A stretch of DNA of 64,000 bases from the human T2T-CHM13v2.0 reference genome, Homo sapiens. Below, piece after piece: positions 30,340-43,991 of the stretch. The notes beneath the pieces are model-generated. The model searched no databases. It saw nothing but the letters and a program-made list of their open reading frames with translations, and had not been told where the DNA came from. A program made the position numbers and the translations under genes. Every line of letters starts with the position of its first letter. The stretch's first letter is position 1. The stretch lies in NCBI RefSeq assembly GCF_009914755.1, contig NC_060928.1. One strand, 5' to 3'.

Positions 30340-30665
30340 CAGAGATAAGATGGAGCCACATATGAACAATATGCTCATAGATAAAGCTATGAATTTGATG
30401 GAAAATATGAACAATATAGTGTTAAGTGAAAATAGACAAAATGATATATGTAACTTAATGTCAATTTTATGAAAAAATAAAAAATAATACACTTTAACCA
30501 ACTAAAATGTATATTATATATTAGAAGAAAATACACCAAAGTGTAACCAGTGGTTCTTTGAGTGCTGGAAATTTGGGCAGATTATATCTTCTCATTAACT
30601 ATTCCTGATTTTCCAACTTTTTGACATAATGCTTTTATAATTACAAAGTATTATTTTAAAATAAA
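30340..30665 (+). mobile_element. L1ME-type 3' end fragment
   Basis: atagtgttaagtgaaaatagaca...atacaccaaa...cagtggtt motifs. Confidence 0.55.
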
Positions 30666-31082
30666 TAGGTACTTTTGATCCTTTCTCTTCCATCCTCCTT
30701 CCTCCATTAAACTTCAGTTCATTTGACTGTTCATCATGGATGCTTCTTGTTAAATAATAGTTGCTTGCTAAGTAAGCTTAATTTTGAGCACATTCAGAAG
30801 TGGAATGCTCTGGCACTGAATGTTCTCACCTCCCGTGTGGGATCTCCTTCTAGAAACCAATGACCTTCAGGATTCCATCTGGATTTTTAGAACTCTTCCT
30901 AGGAATCCTTCCCCAGAAAATGTCCTATATTCCAAAATAACTTTACTCCTCCACAAACACTGTTTTCCAACAACACCTGCCCCCACCAAACAAAACTCTT
31001 ATCCCTTTAATTGTACATCTCAGGTGTTTAAATGAATATGATATGAATAAGCTATTTATGTATATATGTATGTATGTATTTT

Positions 31083-31353
31083 CAAGCCAGGGTCTCACTC
31101 TGCCACCCAGGCTGGAGTGCAGTGGTCTGTCACAGCTCATTGCAACCTTGACCTCCCTGGGCTCAGGTGATCCTCCTGCCTCAGCCTCCCAAGTAGCTGG
31201 GACTACAAGTGCACAACACCACACCCAGCTATTTTTTTTATTTTTTGTAGAGATGGAGTTTTGCCATTGTTGCCCAGCCAGGTCTCAAGCAATCTGCCTG
31301 CCTTGGCCTCTCAAAGTGTTGAGATTATGAGACGTGAGCCACCACACCTGGCC
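31083..31353 (-). mobile_element. AluJ
   Basis: cagggtctcactct and gggctcaggtgatcctcc motifs; (tatg)n tail. Confidence 0.88.
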
Positions 31354-31799
31354 AATTTTAAAGTTAAAAGTAAACCAAATACTTTAAAGACCAACATTTA
31401 CAGTATAATCCATACAAGGCCTTCCACAGAAAGTAGGATGAAAACTTTACCCTCAGAGACAATGGTGAAGGAGAAAAGATGCAATGAAGGCAAGACTAAG
31501 ATTCCAATTCAAATAACAATAATGTCAGGAAAGTATGCGATGAAGGCATCTGCTGAAAGAGGAAAGACAGTTGTGGTAACTGTGGGTAATATTACAAAGC
31601 ACGAAAAGGGTGGAGAACTAAGAGAGAGAAAGAATACCAAAAAAGGAATGTGTATATTTCCTGGCAATCAAGAGAACCCATTTGAATTTCAAGAGTGTAA
31701 ACCCACATTCAATTCAGTGAGCATGGTTTCATGACTTTATTTCAGCAATAATGAGCACTGTGAAGGTAGAAACAGGACATATGTCTTTGGCAGTACTGG

Positions 31800-32560
31800 C
31801 ACAGTGGGATGTTATGGTATTTAATTAGATGATCCTTGAGAAACATTACTGAGATTATCAGCCAAGCCGTGTGTAGGTTCAGAAAAGGAAACAGATTCAA
31901 CAAGATTAAGGCTTGAGGGGAAAAGAGAAAGGAATCAAGAAAATGGAAGTTATACCAAGAATGAAAATGGGGAGTGTCAGATGAGAAAATATGGAGAGGG
32001 AGCAGTGGTTGTGATCAAAGAGAGGATTCTGAAAGTTTAAAAAACTTAAACTCTTTCCAAGTGATAAAAGAATGTAAGATGCATCTGTTCGAGTGGATAG
32101 TTTAAGTGGAAGTTAAGGTCGCAGGAGCAGAGGAAGTGGTCAGGGAACCATGAAGCCAGGATGTTAGAAGGAACATTAACATGGATGGTGGCCAACAGTG
32201 ATGGCAGAAAACCAAATGCTAAATAGTAAAGTCACTGAGAAAAGTGAGGAAATGACCAAGGTTGTTGGTGACAAGCAGGGAAGACAGAATGACTGTAGGT
32301 GGAGTGCACCAACTTCAAAAGAGGAACAGATATTTCGTAGTGATGGCAAAACTCTTCTGAGAGTTGCCTTGGGAAACAAGGACCCTGCAGAACCCTCCTT
32401 GCTCAGAAGGATACTGAGGAGGCTGGAGACATCATCAGGGACAGCCAGACTTCAGTTAAGACAAAGCATTTCTAAGGAAAAGGTTTGAGGAAGCAGAGTT
32501 TGGTTAGAAACAGCCAAGGAATCCCATAGGCAATAGAAGAGATCTAGAAAAGGGATTCAA
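31800..32560 (-). mobile_element. L2 internal fragment
   Basis: Purine-rich, with an aaggtc...gaggaagtggtcagggaac..gaagccagg L2-like segment. Confidence 0.45.
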
Positions 32561-32886
32561 GGGAGAATTGGAGAAGGAAGATGAGGAGGAAGAAAGCTAT
32601 AGTGCAGAGTTTTGCACTACGAACCTCTGGATGCTAGAGCAGATACAGAAATTCTGTGTCAGCATTCCTACTGTGTTGTGCTAGAGCACACTACTCTGTA
32701 CCATCTGATGCTGAGAAGCAAAAGCATCGTCCTGAGGATCACTTGCTGCTATTTCATGAAGAGTGACTAAGATTACTTGCAGTTGGAAGGAAATAGAGCC
32801 ATTTCCAATATAATTACTACTTACTTTTTAGCCTCCTATTTATTTTAGTTACGTGGTAGCACCATGATCCATTTTGTGGTTACTAA

Positions 32887-33153
<267 letters not shown>

Positions 33154-34496
33154 TGAATTGGGTTTTTATTGAACAAGCCCAATTCCTCATTTGTGTATTT
33201 TAAAATGATTGTTCTCAACTAATGACTCTCTAATTCATATTTGCTTAATTTCATTTTATGTTTACAACTTTTACTACTAGAGAATTTATTTTTGTCTACT
33301 ACAGGCTGAAATACATTAGGTTGACAATTTTTTTACCATTGATTTATTTTTTCTGCAAATGTGTGAGTTTTTCATTCATACTAATACATCACCTAATAGT
33401 GAGAACATTAGTTACAGGGAGGTTTATTTTAATTGGTTTCTATTACAAGTATGAAACCAGAGAGTTCATTTTCTCAACAAATCTGAGAGTGATTGTTTCC
33501 TTACCTGACTAAAGTGATGATTACACAAACCTTGTGGATGACAGTGGAGTCAATGTGGTTTTTAAAAAACCTTTTCCATATGTGACAAGGAATTAGATAG
33601 TATGTCATTTGATTTTAAGAATGATGAACATATTAAATTGATTCTGTCAAATGTAGATTTTTCTAAAATAAGTTGGCTGGATAAATCACGTCAATTTGAA
33701 CACACACATCTTTGCTTCATTATTCAAAGAGAAACCATAATTACGATCAGAACCTCAGATTTTGCTCTAGGAGCATACCAGGTTCATGCCTTCCAACCTC
33801 TGTATGTGAAGGTTTCCTGGTAGGATGATACTGGCTCCTCTTGCCCAAGGCTGTCATGAGGATGCACACTCACTGCAAGGGTTTTTTATGGTGCTGAGAG
33901 GAAAGGCCTTCATAAATATGTACATTTACTTAATTTCTGTATCTACATTCCCACTGTGTTTTCCTAGAGCTCACTACTGTACACCATCTCGACTCTGAAG
34001 CCCTGGGAATGTCTGCTCTATGCTCTGCTCCATTTCACAATGTTCTTTAGGTCTGTTTTGTTATTTAAATGTAATGATGTATGTATCCACAATAGGTAGC
34101 ATTTGAGAGACTCCAGCTGTGAGCCTCTGGATGTGAAGCTAGTGAAACAATTGAATGACTAACAGTTGAATGCCTAGCCAAATATTTTCACTTCACTTTA
34201 TATGTCAGCAATGGAAAAGAGTAGGTGTAGCCATCGACTCTTCTTTTCGCTCAGAGAAGTTTATAAATAGGTCAAAAATGGGTAATTATATGCCTCAGCT
34301 ACAATTTCAAACTTCTGCTTTCCTAGTAATTGCCATTAAATGAGTAAGTTGTAAAAGATTTCTGGAAAGACCACAAATATTTTCTTTTCCTTGTTTCTTT
34401 GTTAAAATAGTTCATATACCATCTGGTTTCGGGGATGTATCATTATGCTCAATGTTTGAAACAAAAAAACCCTAAAAGACATAAAAGGTGGCTTGA

Positions 34497-34846
<350 letters not shown>

Positions 34847-35518
34847 TGTTCTCTTTAATTTCTAAAATAAAGTTTTAGAAAAAACTAAAACTCTAAAAAG
34901 AGTAGCTTAGTCTTCCAAACAGTGCTAGTTACAGGGGCAAATTCTTGCTCCAGGTGACTGTTTTTATGTGCCTTCCCTTCCCTCATAGCCACTGCTTTCT
35001 TCAAAGGGCATCCTCTAACTCAAATGTGAAATATTCATGTGTATTTTTATTCTATCACAAAACAATTTTACACAGATAGGATTACTCATGATGAAGCATT
35101 CTAGAACAACAGCAAGAGTTTCACTTCATGTTTGTTGTAATTATTCTATCTTTGAAAAGCAGAAATATATGTGGTTATTATCATAATTAAGACTTCCTGA
35201 TACTGAACAGCTGCCTTACTGGAGAGAAATGTTAGGAATTTTTTATTTTTACTAAAAACTGTCAGAAGTTTCTAAAAGGAATTAGATGAATCCTGAAGGT
35301 CCTGTAACTTGAAAAGTTGATTTACGCTGAGGACCCCATTTTCATCAAGGTATCAACTAGAGAGAAACTTGTATTTTTCTTATTTTGCATTACAATAATG
35401 CATCTTGCTTTTCTTTTTTATGAAGTGTTCACTTTATTTTTATTACTCCAGGTACCCAGGATCATTCATGCTCTCTTCTTTAAGGTGTTGTACACCTTGT
35501 GTTCAGTAGACATTTTTA

Positions 35519-35703
35519 ATTTTTTTCTTCTCTGAGACAAGGTCTCACTCTGTTGTCCATGCCTGGCTAATTTTTTTCTTTTTTGTAGAGACAGGGTCTT
35601 GCTTTGTTGCCCAGGCTGGTTTCAAACTCCTGGCTTCAAGCGATCCTCTAGCCTTAGCCTTCCAAAGTGTTGAGATTATAGGCATGAGCCACCACACTCA
35701 GCC
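35519..35703 (-). mobile_element. Internally deleted AluJ/FLAM
   Basis: Short right-arm stub fused to a left arm. Confidence 0.75.
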
Positions 35704-35779
35704 CAGGGTTCAGCAGACACTTTGAGAGGTCAGATAGAGTTCATCCTTCAGGCAGATGAGATGCTGTCCCTTTAAAAAA

Positions 35780-37980
35780 AAAAAATCAACTTCTATTTTA
35801 GATATAGGGGATACATGTGCAGGTTTGCTACATGGGTATATTATACCCATGTAGTGAATGTAGTATCCAATAGGTAGTTTTTCAACCCACAGCCTCCTCC
35901 CTTTCTTCTCCTTCTGGTAGTTAGCAGTGTCTGTCATTTCTACGTTTATGTCCATGTGTGCTCAATGTTTAGCTCTCACTTGTGAGAACATGCAGTATTT
36001 GGTTTTCCATCCCTGCATTAATTTGCTTAGGATTATGGCCTCCAGCTCCATCCACATTACTGCAAAGTACATGATTTCATTCTTTTATATGGCTGCATAG
36101 TATTACATGATGTATATGTACCACATTGTCTTTATCCAGTTGACCACTGATGGGCACCTAGGTTGACTCTATGTCTTTGCTACTATGAATAGTGCTACAG
36201 TGAACATACTAGTGCATGTGTCTTCTTGGTATAATGATCTATTTTCCTTTGGGTATATACCCAGTAGTGGGATTGCTGGGTTGAATGGTAGCTCTATTTT
36301 AAGTTCTTTGAGAAATCTCCAAGCTGCTTTTCACAGGGGCTGAACTAATTTACATTCCTACCAACAGTATGTAAGCATTCCCTTTTTTCCATAGCCTGAC
36401 CAGCATCTGTTGTTTTTTGACTTTTTAATAGTAGCTGATGTGACATGGTATCTCATCATGGTTTTGATTTGCATTTCTCTGATGATTAGTGATAAGCATT
36501 TTTTCATATGTTTGTTGGCTGCTTGTATGTTTTCTTTGGAGAAGTGTCTGTTCATGTCCTTTGCTCATTTTTTAAATGGGATTCTTTTTTATCTGTTGAT
36601 TTAAGTTCCTTATAGGTTCTGGACATGAGACCTTTGTTTGGTACATAGTTTGCTAATATTTTCTCCCATTCTGTAGGTTGTCTGTTTACACTGTTGATAG
36701 TTTCTTTTGCTGTACAGAAGTTCTTTAGTTTAATTAGATCCCACTTGTCAATTTTTGGTTTTGTTGCAATTGCTTTTGGAAACTTCACCAAAAATGATTT
36801 GCCAAAGCTGAGGTCAAGAAGGTTATTTCCTAGGTTTTCTTCTAGGATTGTTATAGTTTGAGGTCTTATATTTAAATCTTTAATCTATCTTGAGCTAATT
36901 TTTGTATATGGTGAAAGGTAAGGGTCTAGTTTTATTCTTTTGCATAGGGCTAGCCAGCTATCCCAGCACCATTTATTGAATAGGGAGTCCTTTTCCCCAT
37001 TGCTTGTTTTTGTCAGCCTTGTCAAAGATCAAATGGTTGTTTGTGGCTTTATTTCTGAGCTTTCTATTGTGTTCCATTGGTTTATGTATTTGTTTTTGTA
37101 CCAGTACCATGCTGTTTTGGTTACTGTAGCCTAGCAGTATAGCTTGAAGTCAAGTAATGTGATACCTCCAACTTTGTTCTTTTTGTTTGGGATTGCTTTG
37201 GCTATTTGGGTTCTTTTTTGGTTCCATATGAATTTTAGAATAGTTTTTTCTAATTCTGTGAAGAATGACATTGGTACTTTGACAGGAATAGCATTGAATC
37301 TGTAAGTTGCTTTGGGTGGTATGGGTATTTTAACAATATTGATCTTTCCAATCCATTAGCATGGATGTTTTTTCATTTATTCATGTTGTCTCTGATTTCT
37401 TTCAGTAGGGTTTTATAGTTCTTGTAGAGACCTTTCACCTCCTTGGTTAGCTGTATTCCTAGGTATTTTATTTTCTTTGTGAATATTGTAAATTGGATTG
37501 TGTTCTTGATTTGACTTTCAGTGTGGACATTACTGGTGTATAGAAATGCTGCTGATTTTTGTACATTGATTTTGTATCCTGAAACCTTTCTAAAATTGTT
37601 TATCAATTCTAGTAGCCTTTTGGTGGAGTCTTTAGGAATTTTCTAGATATCGAATCATATTATCAGTGAAAAGAGATAATTTGAATTCCTTTTTTCCTTT
37701 TGGATGCCTTTTATTTCGTTTTAATTGTTTTTTTATTTTCCCATAAGTTATTGTGGTACAGGTGGTATCTAATTACATGAGTAAGCTCTTTAGTGGTAAT
37801 TCGTGAGATCTTGGTGCACCCATCACCTGAGCAGTATACACTACACCATATTTGTAGTATTTTATCCCTCGCCCTCCTCCCACTCTTCCCCCCAAGGCCC
37901 CAAGGTCCACTGTATCATTCTTATGCCTTTGTGGATGCCTTTTATTTCTTTCTCTTGCCTGATTGCTCTGGCTAGGACAT
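35780..37980 (-). mobile_element. Older L1PA/L1PB 3' ~2 kb, with a nested L1PB-type 3' end at 37718-37931
   Basis: Minus-strand ORF2 fragments (e.g. [14 protein letters not shown]). TSD tggatgccttttatttc flanks the nested piece. Confidence 0.9.
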
Positions 37981-38260
37981 CTGTGTCTTGCCTTTCTAAG
38001 ATGAAGTTCTGTTTTAACTCTTGGTGATAGTAGTAAATGACCTAAATAAATTAGGTCCAACTAATTTAGTAAGCGACCTAAATAAATTGTGTTCCAACTA
38101 AAATGGGAAGTGAAATGGATAAAAAGAAGGTACACGTTTTAAATTTTGTCCAATTTCTTGGTCTTTTTAGTCAGAACAAAGGAGGAAGACACCAGCTGAA
38201 TTCAGTTCTAGGGTTTTGCTAGGTACTACATCATGGGCAACTACTGTGCTTTTGCTTTGG

Positions 38261-38483
38261 ATCTCAACCTCAAACTCCTGGGCTCAAGGGATCCTCCAAC
38301 CTCAGCCTCCTGAGTAGCTGGGACTATAGGCATGCACCACCATACCTGGCTAATTTTTTTTTTTTTTAGAGACGGGGTCTTGCTATGTTGCCCAGGCTGG
38401 TCTTGAACTCCTGGGCTCAAGCAGTCTTCCTGCCTTGGCATCCCAAGGTGCTAGGATTACAGATGTAAGCCACTGTGCCTGGC
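38261..38483 (-). mobile_element. Partial AluJ
   Basis: Antisense Alu with cctgggctcaag motifs. Confidence 0.85.
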
Positions 38484-38579
38484 CTGGGCATCTTCTTAAA
38501 CATTGTTTTTCTCATGACATTTTCCTGCTCCAAAAGTAGTGCCTCTTAAAGGCAGGAAAACTCCCTCCCGGAATTCCCC

Positions 38580-40320
38580 ATCATTCATTCCACCCTTGAC
38601 TACTGCTCCCTAGGATCAATGCACAGTTGTTCTCCTAGGACTTCCCTTCAACATCATTCTCGTGTACTTTTACCCTCTTCTTCTCCTGGCTCCCTTGGTT
38701 CCTAAGTGCCATATATTTCACTTTTTATTTTATCGTCTCATTTACCAGAAGCACATTCTCCAGTAGCTTCCAAAGAAAGGGTACAGACCACATTAAGCTT
38801 CTAGACCCTGCTTGTCTGAAAAGTGTCTTTATTCTAGCCTCACACTAAACTGACTGTTTGGCTAGGTTTAAGAGTATGGGTTTTTCCTAAGAACGTTGAA
38901 GGAATTGCTTCATATTCTAGTTCCTAGAGTTACTGTAGCAAAATTCAGTGCCAATCTGGTTTCTAATCCTGTATATGACTGACTTTCATTGTAAAACTAT
39001 CTCTTCACCCCTAGTACTTTGAAATGTTGTGATGATATGTAATATTTTTCAGAAATTATAGAAAATAGTGGGCCCTTTCAATCTGAAAACACTCATGTAT
39101 ATACATTCTGAAAATTTTCTTATTTTTAAATTTCTTCTCCATTTTCCCTGTTCTCTCTTTGTGAAACTTGTATTATTACATTAATAAAACTCCTAATTGA
39201 TGTTCTCACTTTTTTCTTTTGTTGCCTATTTTTATTGTACTTTCTTTAGACCTCTTCACCTTTGTCTTCCAGACCTTCTGCTGAATCTGTTATTTCTGCT
39301 ATTGTATTTTTAATTTCCAAGAGTTCTTTCTCATTCTCTATATTCTTTCATGGCATTCTGTTCTGTCTCATGGATGCAATCGTGTCCTTTGCCTCATATT
39401 AATCATTGGATTTTGGAGGAGGGAATCCTATTGTTATTGTCATTTTGTTTTGTTTTGTTTTTCCCCTGTTCCCTGCATTGTCTCTATTTCTTAAAATTCC
39501 TTTTTTTTGTTGTTGTTTTTCTGTGTGTGCATTTGGACTAAATTTCATGTTCGAGGCTTTCCATAAACATGGAAAGCGTGATCTTTGGCACCAGCAAGTT
39601 GATTGGAAACTATATGCTTAGCTAGAATGTGTCAATGGGCAGGCTTTACCCTAGGATTGGGCAAGACCCCCAAGTGCCAATATCTTCAGGTCTTGGGTTA
39701 ATCAGTTTCTCTAGAAAGACAGATATTCAGCCACCTTCCTTGGGATGGTGGGGGTGGTTGTGGGGGCAGGTAACATGCTTGGCAGACAGCATTTGGAGCC
39801 TGAGTAAGGGAAGGGGGTTGGCTTTTATCATTTAGTAGACATATGCATCCATCTAATTCCTTACCCCCATTTTTCACCCTCTTCTCTTACCTGTTCATTC
39901 TGCTGTGCCAGATGTTTCCGAGTTTGAAACCCTTTTGGCTCTCCATCTCCATAAAGTGAGCTTTCTGTATTCTAGAGTAGTAGAGGAGGAATGGTTGACT
40001 ACCTACAAGAAATGGGGGAAGGGATTCAGCTGCCTTCCTACAAACTTTCAGCCAGTCTTCTTGTACTAAGCTCCATTCCTCTTCCCCACCTTCAGAGGAA
40101 TCTAGTGATCAAGGTTTCTGCTGCTCACGTTAGCATCCCTCATGTTTGATTCACTCTCTGTAGGCACTTGGGTTTTCCTCTCCTGATAAGTCAGTGACAA
40201 CTCATCCTTTTACTTTTAATTCCAGTGAACTTACAGTTTCACAATCCGTTGCTCTCAGTTTTTTCACGATGAAGCAAGGAACAAAAATAAACACATCCAT
40301 TCAATCTGCCATCTTTAAGT
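38580..40320 (-). mobile_element. Ancient HAL1/L1M fragment
   Basis: T-rich antisense ORF1-like sequence (tgtctgaaaagtgtctttattct...gggccctttcaatctga). Confidence 0.55.
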
Positions 40321-40419
40321 GGATGTCAATTTATGAGACTTCACAGCTTGTTTTTGAAGATGATTCTTTCCAGCTAAAGAAAGCAGTATAGGACAGACAG
40401 AATCTCCCCTATTCCCAAG

Positions 40420-40575
40420 CTAGATGACCTTAGATAAGCTACTCAGTGCCCCATTTCAGTTCCCTCTTCATTAAGAGGGAATCGTGACAGTACCTACTTC
40501 ACAGGAGTGTGGTCACGTGAAATAATGTGCTAGCACAGGGCATGCCAAAGGGCAGATAGTCCAATTGATATTATC
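40420..40575 (+). mobile_element. MIR
   Basis: gatgaccttagataagctact...cagtacctacttcacagg. Confidence 0.65.
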
Positions 40576-42069
40576 TGTCTTTGTTTTTGTTATTATTAAG
40601 ACAATGTTCACAATGAATCCTTTGTTATTTGACGCACATATAGAAAGTTTCAGAAATAAGCAATTTGCAAAACTTGCAAAAAACTGTAAGTGAATTATTC
40701 CTCTGCTATGCTGAGTTTTCTTCCTCCACCTTCAAGAAGTGGCAAGGAAAAAAAGATAGAAAAATCACTGACCAATTAGAAGTTTTTGTTTCAATTCAGA
40801 CCACCCTAAAGTTCCTGGAAATTGCATATATGAACTCTAGTAAGCTGAATACCAAAAATGAGAGGGAAGTAGCTGATACCAGGCTACAGATTGTGGGCTA
40901 CAAAAGATTGATAAACAAGTGGTTCTTTTGTGCAAATTTAGATATGAAATCATGCAGAAAACACTTAACAGACCACTAGACAGAGGATTTTATGAGACAT
41001 GTTACACATGGATGGTGAAAGGCTGAAAATTAATACTTAACTTGTCATGCTTTCTGCTTTGAAATGCTGGAGCCCTCCAGGAATTTTGTTTTAACAACCA
41101 ATGGAGATATCATTAGGGAGATACTTCTGAATTCGCTGCATCTCATTCTGTGACAAAGTGCTGCACAAAGTAAAATGTACCTACCACTTTCATCCGAGTT
41201 TGTAGCGTTGGACAAATCCCTATTCCACAATATCATGTGTACAAAGAGTTTCCGAAGAACTTGTGGCATATTTCTTGTCAGTTCTCTTGAAGTTCTCATT
41301 TCCCCTTTTCCTCTCCTACGGGCAGGTGATTGATTGACTTAGAGTCAGTGCTGAGTAGTAAATAACTTAAAAAACAAATCTAGAGATGATCTGGAGAAGG
41401 CTCGAAGAAATGTGATATGTATTATCTGGGATAGGCCTAGAATAACCTGAATTTACAATGAAGGAGCCCAGTAGCCTTTTCTAGAAAGCCGCTTGCTCTT
41501 CCACTCTTGTTTCCTCTTAGGCAAGAGAATATCACTAGAAGCTCAGAAAATTCAGGATTGATTGGAAATGTTTAAAAAGTGAAAATAAACACAAATATCT
41601 ATAAGGCTAGGAACATAACCAGAAAACTCAGAAAAACATAGGGGCTTAAGGATGTTCCAAAGGTAAAAATGACCTCAAAGTGAATTTCTTTCTTTTCTAA
41701 TCTCGACGTAATTCAGTTCTTATTCAAGCTGAGACTACCCAAAGACAAAAATGTTGCACTGATTTAAAATATGACTCATCAGAACATTAAAATACTTATG
41801 ATACAGATTTTTATACAATCCGATAGTCTATTCCTCACAACTCATTATTTGCTCCCTTTAAAATATTTCACAAAGAAAGTCTTAACCAGAACATGATCAT
41901 GTAACTAAGAGCTCCACATTCAGTAGTAGGATAGGTCAGAAGACTTACAGGGATGTTCCTCATGCTTACAAAAAGAAATTTGATATTGTGTGATAATACA
42001 CGTAAGCTAGAAACTTGTGGTTAAAAGAAATGTTTAGGACTCATGTAAGCATAGGTTCTTGGTATCTTT

Positions 42070-42310
42070 TTTTAACTGATATATCATAGTTGTCATTTTG
42101 GGGGGTACATGTGATATTTTAATACATATATAATGTGTAACTATTAAGTCAGGGTAATTGAGATATCTGTCACCTCAAACATTTATCTTATGTTGGGAAC
42201 ATTAAAATTCTCTTCTTTTAGCTATTTTGAATAATTTATTGTTAACTATAATTTCCTTACTCTTCTATCAAATCCTAGAACTTTGTATTTTTGTACCCAT
42301 TAACCAACTT
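42070..42310 (-). mobile_element. L1MA 3' end fragment
   Basis: ggggtacatgtgatatttt...tcagggtaattgagatatc...ttttgtacccattaaccaac. Confidence 0.75.
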
Positions 42311-42632
42311 CTTAATTTAACCTTTAAATAAAAATATTTTCATTCCTAACCCTGAAATTCTACAAATTTACTGCTTAGGGATGACTCCTGCATGTTTTCT
42401 CTTCCTTTTAAGTAGACAAGTTCTAAATCTTAGCTGACTTTCATTAGCCATTTGACTAATCCCATTTTTTAAAAGTGTTTGAGATGGGTTGAAAAATATG
42501 ACCAATGTGATGAGTACAACTTGATCATAATTGTAAAATATTAGTGTGCTTTAGGTGTTAGCAATTAAGAAAATGTGAAATGTTTTATTTCTTTTCTTTC
42601 CTTCCCTTTTTTTTGAGGGGCGGGGGTGGGTG

Positions 42633-42729
42633 GGTAGAGACAGGGTTTTGCTTTGTTGCCCAGGCTGGTTTTGAACTTCTGGCTTCAAGCGATCCTCCCA
42701 CCTTAGCCTCCTGAAGGGCTGGGATTACA
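42633..42729 (-). mobile_element. FLAM/AluJ left monomer
   Basis: gtagagacagggttttgc...gctgggattaca. Confidence 0.8.
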
Positions 42730-42735
42730 GAAATG

Positions 42736-43056
42736 TTTTTTGTTGTTGTTGTTGGTTTTGTTTTATTTTTTTGAGACGGAGTCTCGCTCTTTTGCCCTGG
42801 CCGGACTGCAGTGGGTGCTATCTTGGCTCACTGCAAGCTCCGCCTCCCAGGTTCATGCCATTCTCCTGCCTCAGCCTCCTGAGTAGCTGGGACTACAGGC
42901 GCCTGCCACCGCACCTGGCTAATTTTTTTGTATTTTTAGTAGAGACGGGGTTTCACCATGTTAGCCAGGATGGTCTCGATCTCCTGACCTCGTGATCTGC
43001 CCGCCTTGGCCTCCCAAAGTGCTGGGATTACAGGCGTTGAGCCACCACGCCCGGCC
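42736..43056 (-). mobile_element. AluY
   Basis: Y-type positions. TSD acagaaatgtttt. Confidence 0.92.
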
Positions 43057-43739
43057 ACAGAAATGTTTTAAGTAGTAACATGATTGTTAAAATCTCAAAT
43101 CCTGAGTATCTGAGATATCGGTTTGATACTTAGAAAATCATGAGCTCTGGAATCATTTTTCAAATGCCTATCTAGGATTTGAATTGGCATCTTAATTAGT
43201 AACATCAGTGTTAACTATGGCAACTCATTTGTTTCCCAAAAAAATTTACTATTTTAAGGTTAAATATAAAATAACGGTATAAGTCCTGGGTTTGATTTTT
43301 TTTTTTTTAAGTGTAAAAAGTTATCTGTGTTCAGTAGGTGGAGAAGCCAGCTACATCCTGCTGACACAAAGCTAATCAGTGGCTTGACAACTCTAGTCAA
43401 ACATCCACATAGAATGTCTTGGCCATAATCTATGTGTCTCCTGTATTGTTTTTGTTTTAAAAGATTTGAGAGGAGGGGATGTGGTGGAGGAATGGTGCAG
43501 CTCGAAATTGCACGTAGTTGCCAATTTTCTTTTTTCTAGTTTGAACATATTTCTGCTTTGAGCTTCTTTCAGCTCAAGTGAGCCATTTTCACCTATTATT
43601 TCATCTGTCTTGCTCTGTCTTCAATCTTCATTAGCCGTTACTATGGATAAGCTGCTGTAAACGTTTTTAAAAATCACCCTCAAGGAGTACAATATTCTAT
43701 TAAAAAATGACCTTTCCAGGAAACTAACTAATAGCATTA

Positions 43740-43991
<252 letters not shown>

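Noticed and set aside
31261-31734. 157-aa ORF
   Set aside because: Starts inside an AluJ and continues through A-rich sequence with no recognisable domain or splice signals.
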